From Azolla caroliniana (lineage: Eukaryota; Plantae; Polypodiophyta), in assembly GCA_043228905.1 (NCBI GenBank), contig JBHGNT010000009.1:22072001-22136000 (forward strand): a stretch of DNA of 64,000 bases. Reading direction: 5' to 3'. Shown piece after piece: positions 35,265 to 49,400 of this stretch. The number at the start of each line of letters is the position of its first letter. Within the stretch, counting starts at the first letter, position 1. Made by a program: the position numbers and the translations under genes. The notes under the pieces are model-generated. The model did not search any database and had not been told where the DNA came from. It saw only the letters and a list, made by a program, of their open reading frames with translations.

Positions 35265-36856
35265 TTATTTATTTTTTTCCAAAAAGATTTCCTTCATTAG
35301 TATTAAGAATAAACGCCGGAAGGCTACAAAATGTATAACTAGAGAGTGTTATATACAAAAAGGATGATCAGGGCAAGGGCCAGGGGTGATGATATTTCCA
35401 GATTTGTCCTTGAGAGGAGACCGTGAATAGAGGCAACTTCCTCCATAACTACAATATTTTTTTCCTTTTCTTAAGAACAATCTCCGAAGAGCCCGACATA
35501 TTATCATATTGCCCACACACTACCGCCAATAAGGTCTCCCATAATTACAACAATATATCTGAGAAAAGGGGAATTATGGAATCATATCGTCTTTTACAAC
35601 GATACTTCCATAAAGTCCATAATGTAACCGTAGATATTGTTTTCCATACATGGGTTGCACGAATTTGCTTTCGAGGTTGCTGAAAAGGGGAGACAGATAT
35701 TAGATGCCTATTGATGAGTGTCTTAGCCTCTAGAGCATCATCTGCCTCATACAATAAGAAACTGGAATGGAGAACCCCCCATACCACTGATCCCCAAGAG
35801 AAGAGGCAACCTGCATTAATTGTCAAGAATAAAGAAAGAATTTTATTCCATCCCTGTTGGGCGAGTGAACAGGACTAGAGAGCATGCTTGGTAGTTTCCT
35901 GCAAGTCACCACAATAACTACATTATCTAAGAACAGTTGTCACATTTCCTTTCAATGACTGACCTACTGCTAGTGTTGCATGTAGTAAACGCCATATGAA
36001 GAGAATGTGTTTTGTTGGTCCTATAAAAGACCAAATCCATTTCCAGTAAGCCTTCAAATGATTGCTTGAAACACCCCACTTACTCTAGTACTTTTGAACT
36101 ACATGAATTGGAATATTCTTAGACATGAGTAAGCTTCTACCAAATTTTACAGTATACTGAAAGAACATAAGTTTTTGCATTGGATCCATCATGGGACTAG
36201 TCTCACATCAGCCTATTAACTGGTTGTCGTGCATATAACCAAAGCATATCCCACAAATGGGCTATTGACGGTTGTGGATCCAAGAGCCATTTCTTACCAA
36301 TTTTGGTAATCACCCAAATTGGAACTACGAGTAGGTTTTGTAGTAAATTTTGAGGGTGTATAAGGCTGCAATTTATTATCCTGCTGAATATGGAAATAAA
36401 AAATACACTCGTATGTAGAAATTCCTTTAACAAAGAGCATCATGCCATTCGTAAGGCAACCTACTTCCATTAGTTTTTAAAAAGGTATATTAGCTACAAC
36501 ATACAAAACAATTCCAACCCTCTGTTTGCATCTGGTTCAGCATGTACTGAAGATCTTCATCATAACCATACCAACATACCATACTCAGGATATCCACAGG
36601 GTATCCACAAAGTAGATCCATGTTCCACATACCCTATTATGAGTATATTGCATGTCACTACATCTCACTTTTGAAGGATACATACATAAATATCCCATCT
36701 TGACTTTGCAACAAGTCGTGATAGCATAATCTAGGCACATTTTGCATGCATGTCTATCAAAGCATTACCAAGAGATCGATCTCTTTCGTACCCATCTTTA
36801 GCAATCTCCTTGACCTTTGTCCCAATTACCCATCTTTGAATAGGCAACACTCACCC
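35265..36856 (-). mobile_element. LINE ORF2 3' fragment (zf-RVT region)
   Basis: Minus-strand KHILFIWRLLH..LAVG...CSYCG..ETTKHAL..C and VWKTISTVTLWTLWKYRC; T-rich tail near 35265-35280. Boundaries approximate. Confidence 0.75.
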
Positions 36857-39722
36857 TTATAAAAAACTCAAGAAGTATGCTTCATCTTTCCACATCAACC
36901 ATCTCACTGTTACCTCCAAATTCATGTAATGAACATTGTAGTTTATCCTTCGTTCGAAATGTGAGCATGTCCTCTGGTTCCCTAATGAGAACAATTTTCC
37001 TTTGTTTTCCTTTAACCTATTCTCCACCTTTGTAATAAAACGCGGTGGGCTGCCTTGATTGACCATCTTCATGTCGAAATTGACCATCTTCATCTCCATG
37101 ACCATCGAGAAAATACTCTCTCCGATTATCACCAAATTTTTATACCTCACATGACATAGGTTATATTGAATTTGTGAAGCGATAATAAATTCTCTCTCTC
37201 TCTCTCTCTAACTCTAATCGACGCAATTATGGTTAAGGTTACAATTTCCTTATGACACTTTGTCGTCCAGTAATTATCACGTCAAAAACATTGAAATGTT
37301 CCATGGGTATGGTAGTGATATCATTACAAAAAAACAAGCCGTATTTGGATGATCTAACCTATTTAATTTATATTAAGGATGATGCTAGGGTCAACCCATC
37401 GTTGAGAATATGATAAGCCTCATTGCATTGTGGAACAATTTTCTCTCTATATAATTAAGTGTCATTATATCTAAAAGATTAGTTGGTCATTCTTTTTCCT
37501 CCTGTTTGACCATGGTGAATTGCCCACGGCAAGTCATGTAAGGAACCCACATCTATTTGCAATAAACATGTGTTACAATCAAGAGAAACCAACATTGGGC
37601 CATTCATTCATGACATGTATAAAGAGGAAAATGGGTATTAGTTTTTTATATCATTTTGTCCATTAAATAGGAAGGACGTTTATTATTGAGCACATAAGAC
37701 CAAGGAATAGGAATGAAATGAAAATTACTCTTGTTTTGAAAATTTCCTCTCCCCAACCAAAATCATAAAATCCAATTGGCTCTAATTTTTAAAAAAGCCA
37801 ATAAGACAATTGTTAATGTTTTCTTGTTGGCTAAAGAGGACGTAGTGAGTTCACTCACTTATCTTCAACTAGGTCACAAATAATAGTGATTGATATGCCC
37901 AAATTACTTGGGAAGGGCATACTAAATACTATCGTGGATTATTGCGCAATCACAATATTGTTTTGAATAGTCATTGGATATAGACGCCATTAAAAACGCT
38001 TAGTCGCACCATGATATGAGGTTAGTGTTCTAATGTGAAAGAGATCCACACCTACCTAATCATATGAGTGTCATTTATTCACTTGTTATGGATAGATATA
38101 TGTTGTAAACGCTAGTATAGGCGTCCCCTTAATACATTATGGATTGAGAAGATTAAGTGGTTGAGCCTTCAATTGGGGTGTTTGAATACTAATTTGCATC
38201 ATTGATTGGGAGAGGATTATTTAGAAACTCTAACAAAAATCAACTTGACTTTGCCATTTTAATACAATAATTCTGAATTTGAACTAATGAACTTGTGGTT
38301 TTTACTAGCATTTAACTCAACTAGAACTTGTCGCTCCGTGGTTTTTATTACATTAGATAATTTTGTAATGAACCTCGACTCTTGGTTTTCAAACATTCAC
38401 CAAATCATGGTTTTTTATTTTTTAAATATTCTTGTTATGAAAGTACGAGGTCAATCACAACAATAGCATGAGGCTATGACCCAACAACACTGTCAAGCAC
38501 TAGTAGTATAAATCGAGAATAACGTGAAATCAAATTGCAGGAAGATGTTGATGACAATACACAATTAAAAAGTAATGCATTCTTGATTGCGATGAAGAAA
38601 ACACATTGGTCGAGTAAAAAAACATGGAGCGATCAAAAGTGTAAAAGAGCCCTTGATATATAAGGTTGCTCATCGTTGCACATCCTTTCCACCTAGGGTA
38701 CCTTGCAATACAATTTTCCTAAATACATTCAAATAATTTATTTGACGGGTAAGGGTCTTGGCAAACATAATGACATTTGGCAATAGCCCAATAGAGCCAA
38801 TAATGACATACAAACATTTATTATCATCATACCTTGACGAGAGGGCACATAAGCATTGTCGTGTCAACCAGATTCAATGTAAAGGTGAGAGATTAATGGT
38901 TGGGGTTCATAAGAGTTATAGAACATTGGGGTTGTGCAATTGGTTTAAAGGTGTCAAATGGGAATCTCACTCAATGGACAATCCAAAAGATCAAGGGAAA
39001 ATCCTTGTATTGGAAGTCACAAGCTTGGTCGTTTCATTGAAGGCTTAAAAGCGATGCGATAAGTTAGGAGCTTATGGTTTTATATGCACATGCCAACATT
39101 GTTACCATGGGCAAGAAGGGGAAATGAAAGGTTAACAACCTCGACGCAACTTATGTTATGAAAACGAGAGGATAAAATGGGATTGCCTTGGGTAGCACGG
39201 AACCATTGTTGCACTCCAAAAAGCCTTTGGGTGGATTCAATATTAAGTTCTCCATTCCTAGAATGATGGTGGCATTTCCCCAAAAACATGTTGGGATTAA
39301 ATTTTGAAAAAATGAAGTTAGTGACCTCTTTGGTTGATAAAAGTGAACAATGGTAGACAAATGAAATGTTCAAGATCAAGAATAGTTAAACACTTGGTAA
39401 CTTCTTGGTTAGGTTGAGGAGTGGCAGGCACCTTTGTATTTGAGGCACAATTTGGAGGGAGAAGCAATTGAAAGGTATGTTACTGTGGCACATCTCATAG
39501 TTGGAAACCTTAAGAATGTTTTATCACCCACTTGGTTCCAAATGTGTGAATTGTTAAGGCAAAATATTTGTATTTTATCTTGGCCTTCCCCGCCCTAAAA
39601 AAAAATCCTCTCATTAGTGTAAACAATTTACAAGGTTTCGATTCCTATGTGATTGGTGGAGGAAACAACCATTTTGGTGGCTGAAAGTGCCAGAAAGGAG
39701 TGCCATTCTTGGAGGTCATAAG

Positions 39723-40357
39723 TGTTGAGAAATCGTTTCGGAATTTAAATCACAATGAACAGACAATGCTGAAATGCGAATCACACAAATAGATAGACAA
39801 CTATGCATAGAGATTTACGTGGAAACCCTAAAACGAGAGAAAACCATGGGAATAGATCTTCACTATGGATAGTGGATATACAACACTGAGGGGGTTACAA
39901 CACTCTGTCGAGTGTATCAGCCACGCAGGGCTCTTCGCGTCTGCTGTTACTCACACAGCTATGGCGCGACGCCCACTTCTCTCACACACTCACAATTATT
40001 ATGTTCTCTTCTATTCCACATCTTAAAGTTTGCCCTAGTTGCATATATACTTACACAACTTTCTGGCCATTTACATACCTAGCCCTCATGGGGCGCACAT
40101 TGAGACCATTTACAAGTATAGTCTCCCGAGTTGGCTATATACACGATTCTGGTTTCGGCCTCGGCCGAGTCCCTCATCAACTCAGCTCCTCTCTCTCCCC
40201 ATTCAGAGTGTCCTGTTTCCTAACATCATCATTGTTATTACCATAATAATAATAACAGTCGAATCCTCAAACAATCGAATCACTATTTTCGACCCTTCGA
40301 CAGTCGGCTTTCCAAACAGTCGGCTCTTCCTCCCACTAGAGGGACATATTCCCAACA
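39723..40357 (-). mobile_element. Solo LTR (635 bp), same family group as the 21288 and 22998 LTRs
   Basis: TSD ATAAG at 39718-39722 and 40358-40362; minus strand starts TGTTGGGAATATGTCCCTC; shares GCCGAGGCCGAAACC and TAGGGTTTCCACGTAAA motifs. Confidence 0.9.
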
Positions 40358-40980
40358 ATAAGTGGAGTAGTTGTTCACAAAGTAAGAAACTGATGGCGTT
40401 GAGCAGCTTTATTGTCAGAATCTCCAACAATACAATGTCATTGACCCTTCAAAGTATGAACTATGTCCAACCAAACACTTTTTACCATTTCAGTTGGTGA
40501 GGCTTTAACTTGATGGAAAGCGAGAGAGCAATGTAATATGCAGTTGTACTACTTAATATATCCTATAATGGTTGGATCTCCTTCAGTATCCCTAAAAGCT
40601 ACATTGGCACTAGTGGAAGTGCACGAACAATTTTAGATTTGGTGTAAAAACCATGGTCCACAGATTCGGCGTCATAATGAAAAGTAGAGCGGACAAGTGA
40701 CAGTCCAAACCACCATGCCCCATGTGACTACCGATGGGGGAAAGTAAGCAAATATTCTAAGGAGGTGTTGCCATGCCAGTTGAGATTCGATACAATCCCA
40801 TAGACAGTGAGTTTAAGCTTGTAAATGACAACAACCACATCTAGAGGATACTCCCATCTTATGCAACCATGTGACAACAAGTAATGCTCGATGTACAAGT
40901 AACAATTGTACATGCAATATTTGTTGTGCATGTTTTCTTGCCGATAGGTTAACCTAGAACTTAGCCATAACTTGGCCTTT

Positions 40981-41368
40981 TTTATTATTATTAAAGAAGA
41001 TATCCTTTCATTAGTGTAACCATTTTTACAAGATTTTAAATTCTATGTGATCGGTGGGGGAAACAACCATTTCGGAGGTTGAAAATGCCAATAAGGATTA
41101 CCATAATTGGATGTCATGAATGGAGTAGCTTTCCATATAATGATAAACTCATGCCATTGAGCAATTTTAGCATCAAAATCTCCAACAATACCATCCCATT
41201 GTCCCTTCAAAGTATGAACTATGTCTAACCAAAGATTTGAAACCAATTCAACCGGTAGTGTTTTAAATTGATGGAAAATGAGAGAGTACCGAACCTTCCA
41301 AATGTGATATATAGTGGTACTACTCAGTATCTCCCATACTGGTTGGACTTCCTTTCGTGTTCCTGCAA
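40981..41368 (-). mobile_element. 5'-truncated LINE (B) inserted in LINE A
   Basis: ORF end WEILSSTTIYHIWK...YWHFQPPKWLFPPPIT*; (TAA)n/A tail; probable TSD AACTTGGCCTTTT at ~40969 and ~41368. Confidence 0.7.
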
Positions 41369-41635
41369 ACTTGGCCTTTTCATCATGTCTCCTCAAAAGT
41401 CTATCAAATCTCGATTAAGATACAAAGGTCGTTTGTCTTCGAGTTATTTCTGGTTGTTTTTCCTCTTTTTGCAATAAATACGTCTCAAGTCTATTTATGA
41501 AGTACACACACACACAGATGATCACAAAATAGGTGTAAACAATGGCCTCATACAATTGGGACGGGAGGAGGCAAGGATTAGCTTTAGCACAAGGCGAGAG
41601 CTTCGAGACTGTGATGAAACACTTACAAACATGCG

Positions 41636-41667
<32 letters not shown>

Positions 41668-41747
41668 ATATGTACATAATAAGATGGAGGACGAACATAC
41701 ATACATACAATAATTATAATACCATACCATAACATACATACATACAT

Positions 41748-41820
41748 GCCAATCACATAGAGTTAAAGATATTGTAAAATGGTTACACTAATGACATGAT
41801 ATCTTCATTAGAAAAAAAAA
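41748..41820 (+). mobile_element. ~70-bp extreme 3' LINE fragment (C) in an ACAT microsatellite
   Basis: CCAATCACATAG (PIT*)...GTAAAATGGTTACACTAATGA...poly(A), matching the 3' ends of LINEs A and B; flanked by AACATACATACATACAT. Confidence 0.7.
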
Positions 41821-42365
41821 ACATACATACATACATACGTACGTACGTACATTCATATACACATACATATACATACATACATACATACATACATACATAC
41901 ATTCATTCATTCATATACACATACACATACATACATACATACATAGTACGTAAAATTCGTGTTTGTCTAGCATAACATTCGTTTTCCTACGTTGGAAAAC
42001 GAATGCGGATGTTATTCAAACATTCTTGTGTTTTTTTCCCCCCATTTTTTAAAATGTTTTTCTTTTGTTTTTTTATTCCCCATTTTTTAGGCTTATTTAC
42101 CTCATAATAAATAGGTAATCCAAAACTATGGTATTTATCATTCGTTGAGGATGTTTTCCTTGAGCGAATGATTGAAACATTCGCGAATGCGAATGAACGT
42201 ATGGTTCATACTATGCATACATACATATATATACATACATACATACATATACATACATACATACATACACACACAGATACATAGATATGTACATACACAC
42301 ATACATAGATACATAGATACACATACATACATACATACATACATACATACATACATACATTACAT
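41821..42365. repeat. (ACAT)n microsatellite tracts upstream of RAD21
   Basis: Long ATAC runs at 41821-41945 and 42216-42365. Confidence 0.9.
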
Positions 42366-42551
42366 AGAAAACAGACATATATGTAGATGGATGAGGCAAG
42401 TCAAAGAAAAAGAAACATACACATCGATTTTAAGCTTCCATCACGTTGTCGCCGTTTCTCACCCACTCTTCTCTTCTCTCTCTCTTCTCTGTTCTCTCTC
42501 TCTCTCTGTCTCTGTCTCTGTCTCTGTCTCTCTTCTCTGTTCTCTTCCTCC

Positions 42552-42591
<40 letters not shown>

Positions 42592-43172
42592 CTCTGTGTC
42601 TGTGTCTGTGCCCCCCGCTCCTCCCTCGACCCCAGACCTTCGCTGTGCCGTTTCCCCCCCCCCCCCCCTTTTTTGTTCTCTCCTCACAAATTCTCGCCCC
42701 TCCTCCTCTGCTCTTTTCTTCTTCCTCCCCCCCCCCCCCCCCCCTTTTCTCTGTCAATTTCGCATCTTTAGGTCGTGATTTAGGGTTCCCTCCACGGAAT
42801 ACACAGTGGGTCCTCCCTATGTTTGCGAAATTCCCTGTTTTGCCCCACCCCCTCGTGCTCAGCATAGCTTGTTCCGAGCGTCTACAGTGATGACAGGGAA
42901 AATTGGAAGAAGGCACACACAGATGCAGACATTAGGGTTTCTGTACTGGCGCATAGAAGCACAGAAATTCGGCCATTTTTGGATAAAGTTTCTCTAAATT
43001 CTGCTTGTCTAAGCTATACATGTATATGGAATAGAGCGAATTGGTATAGTATATGATCTGATCTCGATGAAATAGCATAGGAGAAGAATTCTCACAGAAT
43101 ACAGATTGCCCTGAGCTTCTCTGTTAAGAAATTACGAATTAATATATACCGAGTCAAGTATATATATATATA

Positions 43173-43454
43173 ATGTTCTACTCACAGTTTATATTAGCTA
43201 AGAAAGGTCCTTTGGGCACTATATGGATTGCTGCCCATCTCGAAAGGAAACTCAGGAAGAATCAAGTTGCAGAGACTGATATTGGAGTAACAGTTGGTAA
43301 GTGAAATGACTCTCCTTTTTTGGTCATTCCTCTATGGTTTTCTTAATGTTAGTTAAAATGTATACATAGGTTTTATGAGCTTAATCATAATGTGTGCGTA
43401 ATAAATGTCATTTTCATGACTTTTGATGCAATGATGTGCACTACCAAACGAACA

Positions 43455-43491
<37 letters not shown>

Positions 43492-46400
43492 AGCCTCTGA
43501 TACTAATTTTCTCATATTAGAACAACTTGTTGGCTGAAGTGACTGATTATTCAAATAATTACTCACATTGGAAATATTTTGTTGACTGAAATGGCTGAGT
43601 ATAAGGCTAGTTTTTTCACAGGGAGAATAAATATGCCAGTTAAGAGGAATTTAAAACTGTCTAGAAAGAAGAAAGAAACATGACCTACGAGATTAAAGTG
43701 TTTTTGAACAAATGTCTACAAAAATAACCACGAGAGAAAGAGGGAGGAATATATGCCCAGCATATGTCTAAATTCTAGAAGAAATTGGGCTTCTACGGTA
43801 CAGAAATGTGGAGCATAACACGATAAATTCAGTTCGAATCTGAGTTTCTATGGCTGGATGTTCAATAAACCAAATTGGGGTTGTTATTGAAGTCATATGG
43901 TAAAATCAGAGATCATTCATCTTTAGTTGTTTTAGGTTCTCTGGCATTAGTACCCAGAAACTTGCAGTAAATCTTAATCTCAGAATTTAAGGCACGAGCA
44001 TTATGAAGAAGGATTTTTTTGAAGATTTCTTATATGATGTTGATTTTTCCATGGGGATTCCCAAGCTAGCATATACAAAATGCAAGGTTTCTATAAACTC
44101 ACATATGCTTGGACATCGATTATCTGAATATGAATGTTTATAATGCCAGTAAGCTTTATTTGCTTTCTTCCTGAATACAAAATTCCATGTTGGTCTCGTA
44201 GAAGCATATAATGAGTGCATTAGTTTATAAACGAATTTAAGGATACAAAACTTTTGTGATGATGAATATTCGTTTATTCTTGAATGTTGGGATTCTAGTT
44301 GGAACAAAATGGTAATATGTTTACAGCACTAATATGCTTTCTTTGTTCTTGACGAGGAAGATTCCATTTTGTTTCCGGATGTCCCCATTGCCCTTCGACT
44401 TTCAGGACATCTTTTGCTGGGAGTTGTGCGAGTGTATTCTCGGCAAGTAAACTATCTTTTCAATGACTGCAGTGAGACACTTGTTAAGATCAAACAAGCT
44501 TTCCATTCTACGGCTGTTGATCTGCCACCAGAAGCAACGACTGCACCATTTCATTCAATAACATTGCCAGAGACATTTGATTTTGATGAATTGGAGCTTC
44601 TTCAAGATTCTGAAAGTACATTTCTTCGTGGTCCTAATGGGTGAGACTTGACATCTTTCTAACTCAATTGCAATGTATTATTGAAGTTAAACATTTGGAC
44701 ATGATATTAGATGAAACATCTTTGAGGGTGGACACTATTTGAGGGTAGTGATTAACATCGTTATCCATAATTCGTTTTTATACAAATCATAATCATTAAA
44801 AGCATGCTTGGAAAGAGAGTGGGAATTTTGGTGTTTATGCACAAAACATATGTTGCCCAAAGCTTGGCTTCACCTACACATTTCTTTGTTAATCCAAATA
44901 GAATAAAATATTACCAGACGTTCAAGGCCCTCATCAAGCATAACACAAGTCCTAGGAAACATGCATCTGCATGAATGCCCCAGCTGACCTGCCCTGGCAT
45001 TGGAAACACAAATCTCAAAATAATGAAGATCCTTTGAATATTTCAGAAACTCTAATCTCTGAGTTCTAAACAATATTAGAAAATCCTAGTTTTTATGTCT
45101 GAAAACAGCTATTTGAAACCCTAAAGTTTGGCCAGCCAACAGAAATCTTGATTTCTGAAAACATTTGTCAGAACTCCTCATTCCATAGATCTGAAATAAA
45201 AAAGAACTAAAACCCCAAATTCTGGTTAAAAAATAGCAGATCAGAAACCTTTAATTTCTGATTACCAAGCAATCAACAGAAACTCTCTTTTTATTAGGCA
45301 TTTTTCTTTTTAGAAACCTCCCATTGAGCCCAAATCTCTTCCACCTGCTACAACTCCCAAAAAGAAAAGTTCTTTTTTTTTTTCACTTGAGCTTGCCTCT
45401 ACAATGTAAGGTGTCAAGCTTTTTATAGGCATCATAATTATTTATGTGAACTTTGCTAATGGTAATGTGCACATTAAAAATTAACACTCAAGCTCACGCC
45501 AGTTTACATTAAATTTTTAAGTGTATTTATCTTCCCAAGGTGATTAGCATAATTTATCCTAGTAAACGTTAATGATGGACCCCGGTCATAGGTCATATTA
45601 CCATGCTTACAGGACATAATTGTCAGAGTGGACGAACCCTGTCCATGCTACAAATTGCCAGAATGGATGGAATCATGTTCACACCCAGAATAGTAGTTTC
45701 ACACTAATGTAAAATGCATCCAATTATTGTAATGCTAGATTGAATCACATAACTAATTTCTAACAAGAAATAACAGTTGGGTGACTTTATAAGTGGAGCA
45801 TTATCAAACAATATATGAGAGCAAGTGTTAGCTTAGCTCCCATAGAATGTAATTGCCAAAACATTTCATTATCCCTTTGGAGTGAACTTTTAAAGTCAAG
45901 CTGGTATCTGTTTAACAAGGGGAGCTCATTTGTTCTGCTCTATTCACCCTTATACTGAGATGGAAAACTTATTTGGCACATATGTTTTTACATACAATGT
46001 ATGAGATAACCTTCTCAATAATCTGATTTTCTCCACCAGGAACTATGTAGACCATCATGTGACGTCAAGGGAGCAAATTACCCTTCAGGATAGCATAGAA
46101 AATAATCCTTATCTGGGGTCATCTCAATTTGGTCTCGATGGTTTGCTACTCTCTTTATCTTTTCATCAGTTCATATCAAGTTTTTAAGCTATGAGATTTA
46201 TTTATAATTAGGTCATGAATATGTCTCAATGCAGAGAGATTTGGAGATGGAAATTTCTCAGCTATGGCTATGGATTTTGATGAGGTAAAGCCATTTGAGA
46301 TGGGCGTTGTATTGGAACATCTGAACAGTTAACATAATGAATTATATTTATCTGTTAGCTTATATATGTAGTGCTTTAATTCATTCATTTCAGGAGTTCT

Positions 46401-49400
46401 TGGCTGAGAAATCTCAGACTGCTACTGCGAGCACATCAACACCTCTCCTGAAGGAAGAGTATGTATTTTAAGACAGTTCCTATGAAATGTTTTAGAATCC
46501 ATTACTCAAACTTACTAATATAGCTCTTGTATCTTTCAGAACTTTCCCTCCGCTAAATGATGGAATTGATGAAGCTACACAGATGGATATTGATGATCCT
46601 TATGCTACAACAGGACCCCAATATCAGAATAAGAAGATTGCAACAGATTATGAAGATGCTGCAATGTTGAGAATTGATCAAAATGAAGAGGACAATCATC
46701 AAGGTCTATCGATGCTTACTCCTTTTCCAGAACCATTAGAAGATCAAATTACATCCATCGCTTCTCCTTTAATGATTGAACCAATGAAGGACGGAACTAC
46801 ATCTATTCTATCTCCATCAATAGGAGCAGCTCATACATCTGCTATGATAGAGACAGTCTCAAACATGGTTGCTTACAAGAATGACAGACCAAACATCCAT
46901 GCTTATACGCCATATGTAGAGGCGTACACACCTGACCTCAATCTAGAATTTTGTCCACCCGATGAGCCTTCTACTCCAGCATTATTGGATGAGGCATCAT
47001 TTTCCATGTGCAAGGAATCCAGTATTGAAACTCAAAGAAAAAGTCCCTTAGGCCTACAGGAAAGTGCTGCAAGCAATAGCGGTGAACGTCAAGCAGGGTT
47101 TTTATCAACCAATCAGGGTTTTTTTAACCTCCCATCCGAACAGCAAAAACAGCAAACAACTTCTGTTCAGTCACAATGTTTGCCGCCATTCATGGAGCCT
47201 GTCTCTACTCCAGCGTTAGACCTACAAAGTGAAAATTGTGTTGCTTCATCTATTATGAATGGAGAAAAATTGTCTATTCCATCACACCATATGCAAATGC
47301 CCAGTCTTGCGGTTTCATCCACTGAAGCAACAGAGGATACTACCTCTGTTTATGAGGGATTTACCTTCAGCCACAGTAGTGCTCCTGGAGTGCAAAGTGA
47401 TGCCTTAGTAGGTACACTTCTCAATACAAAGGATGGAATTAATCAGGACTGTTCCATCATTGGATCGGTTGAATCTATATCTTCATTCCAGTTGACTGGC
47501 TGCTCAGCATTGAATGCTGCTCCTTTGAACACTGAGTTGGATTTCTCAAACACAACGCAGGAAATCGCTCCATGTTTGGAGGTATGTGGAACAACAGTAA
47601 GCTCAGGTAATACTGAATTAGCTCTCCAGAATAAGTTTCAAAATTCAGTGGGCTCAGAACAGCATAGCAAGGAACAAGATGATACGACAAGTCCAGCATC
47701 AACACTTCGGTTACCATCTATCCAAGATGATACAGGTGCAGTATCTATAATGCCAGAAGTGACTCCATTTGAACAGACAACGACAGAAAACTTAGAGACA
47801 CAAGCCACTCCTGAGGCACAAGATGGTGATGCTGCAGGTCAGCAACCTGATGTGTTGCCAGAAAACTTAGAGACACAAGCCACTCCTGAGGCACAAGATG
47901 GTGATGCTGCAGGCCAGCAACCTGATGTGTTGCCAGAGACTTCAATGTCACTGCCCATGCACATTGGAGAAATTCCACAATATGAGACTCTAAGGTCAGT
48001 CATTGATTCTCCAAGAGAAACTTCCGGATTAATGTTGCTTGAGAAGAACATACTGGATGAAAGGATTCCAACATTGGAGTCAGCGAGGACAAAGGCTGGC
48101 ATTGAAAGCTATACTGCATCAGTAGAACCTGTATTTGATAAAACACCCATTCTTAAAGAATGGAATCCTCATACAGTCCAAAAACCTTCTCCTTTGTCAA
48201 CAGGGGACTTCAACTTTCTTCCTGGAGACAATGATGTGCTTGCCTCAATATTAGGTATGTGCACATTTCTGGGAGATTTTTGGTACTAGCATGCATAAAT
48301 GTATATACGTGTGTGAATCTGTTTTTGTTCTTTCCAAGGGCGACGGAAAAGTAGTGCTTTTAAAATTGCACCAACCCCGAAGGAAAATGTGATTGTCAAG
48401 AAACGAAAAGTTGCGCCAAGAAGCATTCCTAAGAAAAGGAAGTGTGACTTTGACTCTTCAGCAGTTCTGCATGGAGAGTGAGTGCTTTTCAGAAATTCTT
48501 ATCCTGCTAAAATTTATGGTTTTAAATTGACCATTGAAACTTTTTGGTACAGTATTATTCGACAACAACTAGCATACACGGAAGACATTCGTCGAGAACG
48601 GTGTAAAGCTCCATGCACACGGCGGGAGGTTTGGTCGTTTAATAAAGAAGTTGAGGGTCAACAACATTTTGATGTGCCACTATTGCTAGGTATATTATGG
48701 AATTCATGGATGTGGCCAATCTTTTATAAAATCAATATTCGTACATGCAATTTTTGATAAAACTTTTCAACTACTAGCCTCTCCCGAGACGGAAAGTTTG
48801 AAGGGTATTTAGGCATGTAATATATCTCTACCAATTATCCTAGTGATTTAAAGTTCCCAGTGGAGACATCTTAATAGGAATCTTGCAGTGTGCTTATTAG
48901 TGTGTGGCTGGCATTATTCTTGTTTGATTTCCCTGCTTTTGAAGAGCTTGTCTATGATTTTTACTTTTACATTTGAGGGTTCTGCATGATGTTAATATTA
49001 CTCGTAGAAGAGCACTCATTGTGTGATAGGAGAGGGGTATAATGGATCATTGTGGAGTGAAAGTAAGTGGAATAAAAAGATAACTTCTATTGAACATCCA
49101 ACAAAAGAGCCAATCCTACCTTCATAATGATTTGGACACAATATCAGCAGTGAGCACCCAGACAATCTCTGATATACTGGTGGAAGATACTGATAGGGGC
49201 TGGTATGCTGAACATCCACTTAATGTGTGAATAATGTTAATAATTGTTTGCTTTAAACGTAAAGAAACAAATGATCATTATAAGATATCTTCAAATTTGT
49301 GAAACCTGTATTTCGATAACTGGCATTTTGGGATTCCTACTCCACTTCCCAAATAATTTGCTTTTGTGGCGATCATTCTTACAATTTGAGCACATGTGAC

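Larger units (their letters stand above)
39596..41470 (-). mobile_element. LINE 3' fragment (A), interrupted by a solo LTR and a second LINE
   Basis: WLDIVHTLKGQ...FWHFQPPKWLFPPPIT* reads across the LTR insertion; a zf-RVT-like KAKLWL...PIG motif reads across the second insertion. Confidence 0.7.

Noticed and set aside
41942-42214. Possible MITE with CATAGTA termini
   Set aside because: The inverted match is only ~7 bp and embedded in microsatellite, with no reliable TSD.
42138-42916. Several 100-200-aa ORFs upstream of RAD21
   Set aside because: Derived from ACAT, CT and poly-C tracts of the promoter/5' UTR region.
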